Below the pieces are notes generated by a model. The model was not told the origin of the DNA, ran no database searches, and saw only the letters and a program-made list of their open reading frames with translations. The translations under genes and the position numbers were made by a program. A DNA stretch of 64,000 nucleotides from Mycolicibacterium sp. Lineage in GTDB: Bacteria > Actinomycetota > Actinomycetes > Mycobacteriales > Mycobacteriaceae. Position 1 is the stretch's first letter; the number at the start of each line of letters is the position of its first letter. The stretch lies in the NCBI RefSeq assembly GCF_050250295.1, contig NZ_JBFWOX010000012.1; one strand, given 5' to 3'. Below, in pieces: positions 38,579 through 47,565 of the stretch.

Positions 38579-39769
38579 ATGGATTTCGGGCGGGTACCGT
38601 TGTCCGACGAGGACCAGAGGTTCCAGGACGAGGTCCGGTCGTTCCTCGCCGAGATCGTCACCGAGGACGTGATCCGCCGGGACCGCGAGACCGGGGACAA
38701 CTTCGACGAGGGCGTCCACCTCGCGCTCGGGGCGGCCGGCTACCTGGACCGGGACTGGAACCCCGCCTCCGCGCGGCCGTTCACCCGGCTGCAGCGGCGC
38801 ATCTGGGAGCTGGAGAAGCGCCGCGCCCATGTGCCGTGGGTGACGTCGGGGACCACGGCGATGATCGCCAGGTCCGTCGAGAAGTTCGGCTCGGCGGACC
38901 TCAAGGACGAAGTGCTGCCGCGGGTCTACAGCGGGCACGTGCGGCTCTGCCTGGGCTACACCGAACCCGAGGGCGGCTCCGACGTGGCCACCTGCAAGAC
39001 CCGCGCGGTCCGGGACGGGTCGGGCTGGGTGATCAACGGGTCGAAGATGTTCACCACCGGCGCGCACAACTGCCAGTACGTCTTCCTGATCACCAACACC
39101 GACCCGAGCGCGCCGAAACACAAGAGCCTCACCATGTTCCTGGTTCCACTAGCCTCGCCCGGCATCGAGATCCAGGGCATCCGCACCGTCGACGGGGACC
39201 GCACCAACATCGTCTACTACAGCGACGTCCGCGTCGACGACCGCTACCGGCTCGGCGCGGTCAACGACGGCTGGACGGTGGTACGCGAACCGCTCAACGC
39301 CGAACACGGGGCGGTGGAAGCGGCCGACGACGGCCTGGCCGACGTGTCGATCATGACGCACCAGGCGATGTTCATGGCCGACGCGGTGGACAAGGCCGCC
39401 GCCCGGTCGACCGTCGCGGACCCGAACGGGCGCAGGCTGCTCGACGACGGTGCGGTGGCCTACCGGCTGGGGCGCAGCGTGGCCCGGCTGGAGGCGTCGC
39501 TGTCGGCGCCGTCGATCTTCGGCAGGGTGGCGCTGGCCCAGACGATGCGCGACATCTCACCCGATCTGATGGACATCCTGGGCGCGGCGTCGGCGCTGCC
39601 GCAGGGCACCGACGGCGCCGCCGACGACGGCGCGTCGGAGTACATCTACCGGTTCGCGCCGCTGGTGGGTATCTACGGCGGCACGCTCGAGGTGTTCCGC
39701 AACATGATCGCGCAGTACGTCCTGGGCCTGGGCAAGCCGAGCTACGCACCCCCGGCGGCCAAGACGTAG
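38579..39769 (+). CDS. Acyl-CoA dehydrogenase family protein (pair partner)
   Basis: Starts 3 nt after the previous stop. Motifs GYTEPEGGSDV, GSKMFTTG. The terminal motif IYGGTLEVFRNMI has Gly at the canonical Glu position. Confidence 0.85.
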   Translation: MDFGRVPLSDEDQRFQDEVRSFLAEIVTEDVIRRDRETGDNFDEGVHLALGAAGYLDRDWNPASARPFTRLQRRIWELEKRRAHVPWVTSGTTAMIARSVEKFGSADLKDEVLPRVYSGHVRLCLGYTEPEGGSDVATCKTRAVRDGSGWVINGSKMFTTGAHNCQYVFLITNTDPSAPKHKSLTMFLVPLASPGIEIQGIRTVDGDRTNIVYYSDVRVDDRYRLGAVNDGWTVVREPLNAEHGAVEAADDGLADVSIMTHQAMFMADAVDKAAARSTVADPNGRRLLDDGAVAYRLGRSVARLEASLSAPSIFGRVALAQTMRDISPDLMDILGAASALPQGTDGAADDGASEYIYRFAPLVGIYGGTLEVFRNMIAQYVLGLGKPSYAPPAAKT

Positions 39770-39776
39770 CGGTTCT

Positions 39777-39839
39777 CGCCGAAATTGCATTCCAGCAGAG
39801 GGTTACTCGAACTTTCGCTGCTGGAATGCAATTTCGGCG
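39777..39839 (+). repeat. 63-bp REP-like palindromic element, copy 2
   Basis: Same 22-bp arms as copy 1. Loop AGGGTTACTCGAACTTTCG. Starts 7 nt after the ACAD stop and is followed by a G-run tract. Confidence 0.95.
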
Positions 39840-39875
39840 GGGAGGGGGTGGGGCTCAGAGGGCGGGGAGGGGGGC

Positions 39876-41021
39876 TCAGGTGGTGAGGATCGTCGCGCCG
39901 GCGGTGCCCGGCGCGCCGTACAACTGAGCGAAGCCGACCTTCGGGTGACCGGGGATCTGCCGGTCGCCGGCCTGCCCCCGCAATTGCCGGACGATCTCGT
40001 GCACCTGCCGCAGACCCGACGCGCCGATCGGCTCGCCGTTGGCCAGTAGCCCGCCGTCGGTGTTGACCGGCATGGTCCCGCCGATCTCGGTGGCGCCGTC
40101 GACGATCAGCTTCTCCTGCTCGCCGTCGGCGCAGAACCCGGCTTCGGCCATGTGGATGATCTCGGCGCCGGCGTCGGTGTCCTGCAACTGGATCACGTCC
40201 ACCTCGGACGGTCCGATACCGGCCTTCTCGAACGCGGCCCGGGACGCGTACACGGAGGGTGCCACATCCTCCTCGACGGGAGCGAACGTGGTGTTGACCT
40301 CGTAGGCGCCATATCTGCGGGTGCGGATCTCCACCGCGCGGACGTAGACCGGTTTGCCCGTGTAGCGGTGCGCGAGGTCGGCGCGGCACATCACCACCGC
40401 GGCGGAGCCTTCGTCGGGGGAGCAGAACATGTACTGCGTCAACGGATAGTTCAGCATCGGCGAGTGCAGGACGGTGTCCTCATCCATCGGTGTGCGGCGG
40501 AACGCGTTGGGGTTCAGCGCGCCGTTGCGCAGGTTCTTGGTGACGACCTTGGCCAGCGTGCGCTGGCCGATGCCGTGGTCGTGCAGGTAGCGGTTGGCCT
40601 TCATACCGAAGAACTGGGTGGTCAGGTATTGGCCGTTCTCGGCGTACCAGCTGGGCATGCCGACCAGTGCCGGGTCTTCGGTGAACGCACCGCGCGGGTG
40701 CTTGTCAAGGCCGACGGCGATCCCGATGTCGTAGTCGCCCAAACGAATTCCGTCCGCACACACCTTGGTGGCGCTGGCCGCGGTGGCGCAGGCGTTGAAC
40801 ACGTTGGTGAACGGGATGCCGGACAGACCGACCATGCCGACGATCGCGTCGGGGTTGGCGACGGTCCAGCTGCCGCCGACGCCGAACTGGATGTCGGTCC
40901 ACGAGACCCCGGCATCGGCGACGGCGGCGGTGATGGCCTCGACGCCCATCTGCATGGCGCTCTTGCCGTCGAACCGGCCGAACGGATGCAGCCCGACCCC
41001 GATGATCGCGACCTCGTGCAT
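39876..41021 (-). CDS. SCP2-type thiolase / lipid-transfer protein (Ltp-like)
   Basis: Motifs MHEVAIIGVGLHPFGR, FNACATAASA, NTDGGLLANGEPIGASG. RBS GGGAGAGGA. Confidence 0.85.
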   Translation of the reverse strand: MHEVAIIGVGLHPFGRFDGKSAMQMGVEAITAAVADAGVSWTDIQFGVGGSWTVANPDAIVGMVGLSGIPFTNVFNACATAASATKVCADGIRLGDYDIGIAVGLDKHPRGAFTEDPALVGMPSWYAENGQYLTTQFFGMKANRYLHDHGIGQRTLAKVVTKNLRNGALNPNAFRRTPMDEDTVLHSPMLNYPLTQYMFCSPDEGSAAVVMCRADLAHRYTGKPVYVRAVEIRTRRYGAYEVNTTFAPVEEDVAPSVYASRAAFEKAGIGPSEVDVIQLQDTDAGAEIIHMAEAGFCADGEQEKLIVDGATEIGGTMPVNTDGGLLANGEPIGASGLRQVHEIVRQLRGQAGDRQIPGHPKVGFAQLYGAPGTAGATILTT

Positions 41022-41042
41022 CGTGGCATCCTCTCCCGTCAG

Positions 41043-41870
41043 CTATCCGCGCCGGCGCACCAGCTGGGCCTGCTGGACGGCCGCCACCGGCCCGGTCTGG
41101 TCGAACAGCATCCCGCGTGAGACACCGACTCCGTCGGCGCCGTAGTGGTTTTCCGAACGCACCCCGATCCACGGCCCGTCTGGCAACCGGTTGATGTGCA
41201 CGGCCAGGTCGGTGTTGAGGAACGTGTAGGCCCCGGTGTCGAGCCGGCTGCCCATCCCGTTGGCGATGTCGGCGACGGCGAACAGCCGCTGCGCCGGGGT
41301 CATCTCCTCACCGGCGACCAGGTCGACCAGCGGCCTGGCCCAGCACTCGGCCTGCTCGCTGTGCAGGATGTCGTTGAGCCAGCGCCAGTCCAGACTCTGG
41401 ATGTAGGTGCGCTCGGTGTTCTCGTCGGGCAACCGGCGTCGGCCCTCGGCGACCGGCCGCAGCGGGGTGGCCGGAGACGGGGGCAGCGCCAGCGGCTCCG
41501 AGCGCAGGAAGCGCCACGCGGACGCGGTCGCGACCGGCCGCGGTGTGCCGTCGGGGCCCGCGGCGAGCATCTGCGCGCTGATCAGTTCGATCCTGCGGCC
41601 CGGTCGTTCGACCTCGGCTCGGACCCACAGGTCGCCGGTGACCGGGACCGGGCCCAGCAGGTCGACGACGACGCGGCTGAGCCGGGTGTCCGCACGCGCC
41701 GCGTATCGTTCGGTCGCCCGCACCAGGAGTGCGGACACCGGTGCGGCGTTCTGCATGTCGGGCCCCCACGTGCTGATGACGTGGTCGGAGGCGGTGAACC
41801 GCTCCCCGCGCGGGTCGTCGGTGTCGACGAGGTCGTAGTAGGCGTCGGTCACGTCCGTCCTGTCTTGCAC
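41043..41870 (-). CDS. Acyl-CoA thioesterase-like (double hot-dog) family protein
   Basis: 275 aa, GTG start. The sequence resembles the TesB-like thioesterase-superfamily proteins common next to Ltp genes. Motif-level recognition only. Confidence 0.55.
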   Translation of the reverse strand: MQDRTDVTDAYYDLVDTDDPRGERFTASDHVISTWGPDMQNAAPVSALLVRATERYAARADTRLSRVVVDLLGPVPVTGDLWVRAEVERPGRRIELISAQMLAAGPDGTPRPVATASAWRFLRSEPLALPPSPATPLRPVAEGRRRLPDENTERTYIQSLDWRWLNDILHSEQAECWARPLVDLVAGEEMTPAQRLFAVADIANGMGSRLDTGAYTFLNTDLAVHINRLPDGPWIGVRSENHYGADGVGVSRGMLFDQTGPVAAVQQAQLVRRRG

Positions 41871-41950
41871 GCGGTGGCGGCCATCAGCAGGATAGGGTGA
41901 GATTTACTGAAAGCACAACCGGATGGATTACAGGAGATGGTCGCCGAGAG

Positions 41951-42325
41951 TCAGGCCGGGTCGATGAGCGCACGGAACCGCTCGGCGGGGAAGACGGTGG
42001 CACCCGCGTCGCTGACCCGCTCGGACAGCGCCCGGTCGGACGTAGCGACCCGGATCTGGCCGGGGTGTGCGTCGGCGCGGACCAGCCGGACGATCTCGTC
42101 GTCGGCCGAATTCGGTGCGGCGGCGGGCGCGCTCGCCACCGTCACCGCCGTCGCCTCGATGGCCGGTGCCGGCGGACGCTCGAACACCACCGTCACCTGC
42201 TCGCCCTCGGCGATCGCCCAGCGGTCGAGGTTGGCCACCAGCGTCGCCATCGCCCGGTGGCGATCGCGCCACCAGCCGTCGGGCCGTGACCCGATCACGT
42301 TCATTCCATCGACAATCCAGCGCAT
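41951..42325 (-). CDS. NYN/YacP-like small predicted RNA-binding or nuclease domain protein
   Basis: ATG 42325 lies at the 3' end of shadow ORF 41951..43678. MRWIVDGMNVIGSRPDGWWRDR ... SADDEIV ... VATSDRAL resembles YacP/Rae1-type NYN domains. Confidence 0.6.
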   Translation of the reverse strand: MRWIVDGMNVIGSRPDGWWRDRHRAMATLVANLDRWAIAEGEQVTVVFERPPAPAIEATAVTVASAPAAAPNSADDEIVRLVRADAHPGQIRVATSDRALSERVSDAGATVFPAERFRALIDPA

Positions 42326-42361
42326 CGTCCGCAGACTAGCGAAGTAGCCCCGTGCAGGGAG

Positions 42362-44560
42362 GTGGCCAACGTGGTTGAGAAGACGGATGTGGTTCAGAAG
42401 GTGACGTTCTGTCGGATCTGCGAGCCGCTGTGCGGCATGGTCGCCACCGTCGAGGACGGCAGGCTGGTCGCGTTGCGTCCCGACAGGGAGCACCCGCTCT
42501 CGGCCGGGTTCGCCTGCCAGAAGGGCATCGCGTTCACCGAGGTCGTCAACGACCCCGACCGCGTCACCACCCCGATGCGGCGGACGGCCGACGGCTTCGT
42601 GCCGGTCAGCTGGGACGAGGCGCTCACCGACATCAGCGCGCGGCTCACCCGCGTGCTGCGCGAGCGCGGGCCGGGCGCGGTCGGCTGGTACATGGGCAAC
42701 CCCGGGGCGTTCAGCTACGCCCACGTCGCCGCCATCATGACGTTCATCAAGGGGCTGGGCCGGCGCACGCACTTCTACACCGCCTCCTCGCAGGACACCA
42801 ACAGCCGGCTGATGGCCAGTCAATTGCTCTACGGCACCCCGACCTCGGTGCCGATCCCGGACCTGACCCGGACCGACCTGCTCGTCGTCATGGGGGCCAA
42901 TCCGGTGGTGTCCCATGGCAGTTTCCTGACCGCGCCGCGCATCAAGGACCGCATGCACGACATCGTCCGGCGCGGCGGCCGGGTGGTGGTGATCGACCCG
43001 CGCAGGACCGAGACCGCGGCCCAGTTCGAATGGTGCGGCATCGTTCCCGACACCGATGCGCTGCTGTTGTTGTCGATGCTGCAGGTGATGTTCGCCGACG
43101 ATCTGGCGCACACGCGTGAGATCGATTCGCAGACCGAGGGTCTGGACTGGCTGCGGGCCCAGGTGGCACCGTTCCCGCCGGAGGCCACCGCGGCGCGCAC
43201 CGGCGTCGACGCCGATGTGGTGCGCGAGCTGGCGCGCGATCTCGCGACGACGCCGCGTGCGGCGGTGTACGGCCGGCTGGGCACGTGCGTCGGGCGGCAC
43301 GGCACGCTGACGTCGTACCTGATCGACGTCGTGAACCTCGTCGCGGGGAATCTGGACCAACCCGGCGGTTCGGTGATCGGCGGTATGGGTCTTCCCGGCC
43401 AGCGGCTGGTCAACATCGGCATGGGTGCGCTGCTGCGCCGCACGTACCGGCGCGGACGCTCCCGCATCGGCGGGTTCCGGGCCATCATCGCTTCCGAGCC
43501 CGCGGCGCTGATGGCCAAGGAGATGACCACCCCCGGCCCCCGCCAGCTCCGCGCGATGTTCATCAGCGCGGGAAATCCCGTGCTGTCGGTACCCAACGGC
43601 GACGAGCTGGCCACGGCCCTGGACTCGCTGGAACTCGCTGTCGCGCTGGACTTCTACCTGACCGAGACGGCGGCGCACTGTGACTATCTGCTGCCGGTGA
43701 CCACGATGTACGAACGCGACGATTTCCCGCTGGTGTTCCAGCCCTTCCAGGTAACACCGTTCCGGCAGGCCACCGAGGCCGTCATCGCGCCGGTGGGGCA
43801 GGCCCGCCAGGAATGGCAGATCGTCGGCGAGCTGATCCAGCGGATGTCGGGGCAGTCGCGGGTCTTCGGTGCCGTCGCCGCATCGGGACGGGTGTTGCGC
43901 CGGCTCGGAATCCCGTTCACGTCACGACGACTCGCCGACGGGATCATCCGGGCCTGTGCGGGTGGTGACCGGTTCGGGCTGCGCCGCGGTGGGCTCACCT
44001 TCACCCGGCTGGCCCGGGACCACCCGCACGGCATGGTGCTCTCGCCGCACCTGCGCACCGGCGTGCTCGCGGAGGCGATCGCCTATCCCCGCGGCCGGAT
44101 CCGGTTGGCGCACGACGACATCGCCGCCGAGATCGCGACCATGGTGCGCTGGGAGCAGCCCGACGGATACCCGTTGCGGATGGTCGGGATGCGCGAGCAA
44201 CGGTCGGAGAACTCGTGGATGCACAACGCGCCGTTGCTGATGCGGGGGGAGCGGGGACAGCACGGGTTGATGAACGCCGACGACGCCGCGGAGCTGGGTG
44301 TCGGCGACGGCAGCGAGGTCCGGGTCAACTCGCCCTACGGGCAGATCACGGTGCCGGTCACGCTGACCAAGGACATCGTGCCCGGCGTGATCGCGCTGCC
44401 GCACGGCTGGGGTCACGACGGTACCGGCGGGTGGCGGGTGGCCAACCGGGCCGGCGGCGCCAACGTCAACCGGCTGACCTCCAGCGACCCCGCCGACGTC
44501 GAGAACCTGGCCGGGATGGCCTGGCTGACAGGTGTGCCGGTGCGCGTCACCCCTGCCTGA
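42362..44560 (+). CDS. Molybdopterin (MopB superfamily) oxidoreductase, stand-alone
   Basis: N-terminal 4Fe-4S motif CRICEPLCG...FACQKG. About 730 aa with a C-terminal molybdopterin dinucleotide-binding-like region (PGVIALPHGWGH). The start may be GTG 42371, 8 nt after GGGAGG. Confidence 0.85.
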   Translation: MANVVEKTDVVQKVTFCRICEPLCGMVATVEDGRLVALRPDREHPLSAGFACQKGIAFTEVVNDPDRVTTPMRRTADGFVPVSWDEALTDISARLTRVLRERGPGAVGWYMGNPGAFSYAHVAAIMTFIKGLGRRTHFYTASSQDTNSRLMASQLLYGTPTSVPIPDLTRTDLLVVMGANPVVSHGSFLTAPRIKDRMHDIVRRGGRVVVIDPRRTETAAQFEWCGIVPDTDALLLLSMLQVMFADDLAHTREIDSQTEGLDWLRAQVAPFPPEATAARTGVDADVVRELARDLATTPRAAVYGRLGTCVGRHGTLTSYLIDVVNLVAGNLDQPGGSVIGGMGLPGQRLVNIGMGALLRRTYRRGRSRIGGFRAIIASEPAALMAKEMTTPGPRQLRAMFISAGNPVLSVPNGDELATALDSLELAVALDFYLTETAAHCDYLLPVTTMYERDDFPLVFQPFQVTPFRQATEAVIAPVGQARQEWQIVGELIQRMSGQSRVFGAVAASGRVLRRLGIPFTSRRLADGIIRACAGGDRFGLRRGGLTFTRLARDHPHGMVLSPHLRTGVLAEAIAYPRGRIRLAHDDIAAEIATMVRWEQPDGYPLRMVGMREQRSENSWMHNAPLLMRGERGQHGLMNADDAAELGVGDGSEVRVNSPYGQITVPVTLTKDIVPGVIALPHGWGHDGTGGWRVANRAGGANVNRLTSSDPADVENLAGMAWLTGVPVRVTPA

Positions 44561-44588
44561 CACTCGCCCCCAGAGGGCACCCCTGACT

Positions 44589-44651
44589 CGCCGAAATTGC
44601 ATTCCAGCAGGCCTTTACTCGAACTTCCTCTGCTGGAATGCAATTTCGGCG
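44589..44651 (+). repeat. 63-bp REP-like palindromic element, copy 3
   Basis: Same arms as copy 1. Loop GCCTTTACTCGAACTTCCT. Lies between the convergent Mo-oxidoreductase and CoA-transferase genes. Confidence 0.95.
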
Positions 44652-44697
44652 AGAAGAAGAGCGGGGGCGAGGGCGACGCGCACGAGGGAGCGTGGGG

Positions 44698-45909
44698 TCA
44701 GGCGATGGCGCCGCTGTCCTTGAGGGCCTCGATGCGGTCCCAGTCCAGGCCGATCTCGATCAGCACGATCTCGGTGTGCTCGCTGGCCTGCGGGGCCCGG
44801 GTGGTCTGCAGCGGCTCGTGGTTGAACTGCACCGGGCCGCGCACCACCTTGAACGGCTTGCCGCCGTCGGCAGCCTCCACCTCGACGACCATGTCGTTGG
44901 CCAGGGCCTGGTCGTCGGTGCCGAGGTCGACCAGGCTCTGGAACGGCGCCCACTGGCCCCTCATGGTCCTCAGATGCCGGCGCCAGTACTCGAACGGCTT
45001 GCCGCGGATCGACTCGGCGATCAACTCCACTGCGGCCGGGGCGTTCTCGATCAGCGGCAGCACATCGCAGAACCGGGGGTCGTCGGCGAGCTCGGGCAGC
45101 CCGAGGTGTTCGAACGCATCGCGGATGTAGCCGGTCGGGCTGACGATGCACAGGTTGATGGTGCCGCCGTCGGAGGTCTGGTAGTTGGCCATGAACGGGT
45201 TGACCGACGCCGTGGCGCCCGGCATCAGCGAGCGCATGGTCTCCCCGGTCTCCATGCCCTGGGTGACGCTGGCCCCGGCCGCCCACCACGCGGTGCTCAG
45301 CAGCGACACGTCGAGCTCCACCGCCTCGCCGGTGCGTTCCCGGTGGAACAGCGCCGCCGAGATCCCACCGGCGATGTTCATCCCGCCGATCGAATCCCCG
45401 AACGCCGGGATGCCCTGTGGCAGGGCACCTCCGATCTCCTCGGGGGTCAGGGCGTGGCCCACCCCGCTGCGGGTCCAGAACGCGGTGCCGTCGAATCCAC
45501 CGACGGTGCGTTCGGGGCCCTTGTCGCCGTAGGCGCTGCCGCGAGCGTAGATGATGTCCGGGTTCGCCGCGCGGATGTGCTCGACATCGAACCTGTTCTT
45601 CTGCCGAGCCTGGGGCAGGTAGTTGGTCAGGAACACATCGGAGGTCTTGGCGATCTCGTAGAGCACCTCCTGCCCGTCCGGGGTGGACACGTCGATGCCG
45701 ACGCTGCGCTTGCCGCGGTTGGGGTGCTCGATGAGCGGATGGCGGTCCGGATCCAGTTGGAAACCACCCATATTGATGAAACCGCGCTGGGTGTCCCCAC
45801 GCAACGGATGTTCGACCTTGATGACGTCGGCGCCCCAGTCGGCCAGGATCGCGCCCGCGGCGGGCACGAACGTGAACTGTGCAACCTCGAGGACGCGCAC
45901 GCCCTCCAT
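44698..45909 (-). CDS. Family III CoA-transferase (CaiB/BaiF type)
   Basis: ATG 45909 (MEGVRVLEVAQFTFVPAAGAILADWGADVIKVEHP). The upstream part of track ORF 44698..47202 is a GC-shadow extension. Confidence 0.9.
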   Translation of the reverse strand: MEGVRVLEVAQFTFVPAAGAILADWGADVIKVEHPLRGDTQRGFINMGGFQLDPDRHPLIEHPNRGKRSVGIDVSTPDGQEVLYEIAKTSDVFLTNYLPQARQKNRFDVEHIRAANPDIIYARGSAYGDKGPERTVGGFDGTAFWTRSGVGHALTPEEIGGALPQGIPAFGDSIGGMNIAGGISAALFHRERTGEAVELDVSLLSTAWWAAGASVTQGMETGETMRSLMPGATASVNPFMANYQTSDGGTINLCIVSPTGYIRDAFEHLGLPELADDPRFCDVLPLIENAPAAVELIAESIRGKPFEYWRRHLRTMRGQWAPFQSLVDLGTDDQALANDMVVEVEAADGGKPFKVVRGPVQFNHEPLQTTRAPQASEHTEIVLIEIGLDWDRIEALKDSGAIA

Positions 45910-45971
45910 CACCTTGACCACGTCGATTCCCTTCCTGTCTCCGCCTGCAGGGCAGTGTAGCCGAGTAGCGA

Positions 45972-45990
45972 TACTGTAATCGTTACCGTT
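45972..45990. promoter_or_regulatory. Operator-like palindrome TACTGTAATCGTTACCGTT
   Basis: Lies in the divergent CoA-transferase / ALDH intergenic region. It matches the TACTGTAA-N3-TTACAGTA core with 2 mismatches. Confidence 0.5.
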
Positions 45991-46023
45991 GGTCATCCAA
46001 GATCGTTCGTGGAGGAGGTGCCG

Positions 46024-47565
46024 GTGTCCGACGCCGTGGTCCAGCGCGCCGAGACCAGCCTCGACTGGGGGCGCCGGGCGGCGCAGCGGGCCGAGCGCAG
46101 GATGCTGATCGCCGGCGAGCTCGTCGACGCCGCGTCCGGTGCGCAGTTCGACAACTTCAGCCCCGCCACCGGCGCCGTCCTGGGTCCGACCGCCGCCGCC
46201 GGCGAGCCGGACATGGACCGGGCGATCGGCGCGGCGCGCACCGCGTTCGACACCGGCGACTGGTCGACCAACCGGGCGCTGCGCACCCGCTGCCTCGACC
46301 AGCTGCAGTTCGCCCTCGAGGCCGAGAAGGAGCAACTGCGAACCGAACTGGTGGCCGAGGCCGGCTGCCCGGTGCTGACCACCGAGTCGGCGCAACTGGA
46401 GTGGCCGCTGGCCGACGCGCTGCGGTACCCGACGCAGCTGATCGACACCTTCGAATGGGAACGCGTGCTCGACGGCGGCGGCCTGTTCGGTGAGCGCAAC
46501 ATCCGCACCGTGGTCAAGGAACCCGTCGGCGTGGTCGCCGCGATCACGCCGTCGAACTTCCCGATCGAGGTGATCCTCAACAAGCTCGGGCCGGCGCTGG
46601 CCGCGGGCAACACCGTCGTCCTCAAGTCCGACCCGCACACGCCGTGGAACGCCACCCGGCTGGGCCGGCTCGTCGCCGAGCGCACCGACATCCCGCCCGG
46701 TGTGCTCAACGTGGTCACCACCCCCGACAACGACGTCGCCGCCCTGCTGGGCACCGATCCGCGCGTGGATCTGGTGTCCTTCACCGGGTCCACCACGGTC
46801 GGCAGGCAGCTGATGCGCCAGGGTGCCGACTCGATGAAGCGGATGTTCCTCGAACTCGGCGGCAAGTCGGCCGCCATCGTGCTCGACGACGCCAACCCGG
46901 CGGTGATCGTGCCGACCGCGGTCGGGGTCTGCGTGCACGCCGGGCAGGCCTGCGCGGCGACCAGCCGGATGCTGGTGCATCGGTCGCTCTACGGCCAGGC
47001 GGTCGCCGACATCACCGCGGCGTATCAGGCTGTCCCGGTGGGGGATCCGGTCGATCCGGGCACGTTCGTCGGGCCGGTGACCAGCTCCGCGCAGCGGCAG
47101 CGGGTGCTGGCCGCGATCGAGGGTGCCCGCCGCGACGGCGCCGAGATCACCGCCGGCGGCGGCCCGGCCGCCGGGTTGCCGCAGCACCTGGCCGGCGGCC
47201 ACTACGTGGCCCCCACGGTGATCACCGGTGTGGACAACAGCGCCGCGATCGCCCAGCAGGAGGTGTTCGGCCCGGTGCTGGTGGTGCTGCCGTTCGACGA
47301 GGACGACGACGCCGTGCGGATCGCCAACGACAGTGCGTTCGGGCTGGCGGGCGCGGTGTGGTCGCGCTCGGCCGAGCGGGCGATGGGCATCGCGCGCCGC
47401 GTGCGCACCGGGTCCTTCGGCGTCAACGGCGGCATGTTCTACGGCGCCGACGCCCCGTTCGGCGGCTACAAGAACAGTGGCCTCGGACGGCAGTGCGGCA
47501 TCGAAGGATTCGGGCAGTACCTGGAGACCAAGACGATCGCCCGCCGGGAGCGCCGGCCGGGCTGA
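46024..47565 (+). CDS. Aldehyde dehydrogenase family protein
   Basis: I prefer GTG 46024, 5 nt after GGAGGAGG; the track start is 46009. Motifs ELGGKSA, VHAGQACAATSR, PFGGYKNSGLGR. Confidence 0.9.
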   Translation: MSDAVVQRAETSLDWGRRAAQRAERRMLIAGELVDAASGAQFDNFSPATGAVLGPTAAAGEPDMDRAIGAARTAFDTGDWSTNRALRTRCLDQLQFALEAEKEQLRTELVAEAGCPVLTTESAQLEWPLADALRYPTQLIDTFEWERVLDGGGLFGERNIRTVVKEPVGVVAAITPSNFPIEVILNKLGPALAAGNTVVLKSDPHTPWNATRLGRLVAERTDIPPGVLNVVTTPDNDVAALLGTDPRVDLVSFTGSTTVGRQLMRQGADSMKRMFLELGGKSAAIVLDDANPAVIVPTAVGVCVHAGQACAATSRMLVHRSLYGQAVADITAAYQAVPVGDPVDPGTFVGPVTSSAQRQRVLAAIEGARRDGAEITAGGGPAAGLPQHLAGGHYVAPTVITGVDNSAAIAQQEVFGPVLVVLPFDEDDDAVRIANDSAFGLAGAVWSRSAERAMGIARRVRTGSFGVNGGMFYGADAPFGGYKNSGLGRQCGIEGFGQYLETKTIARRERRPG

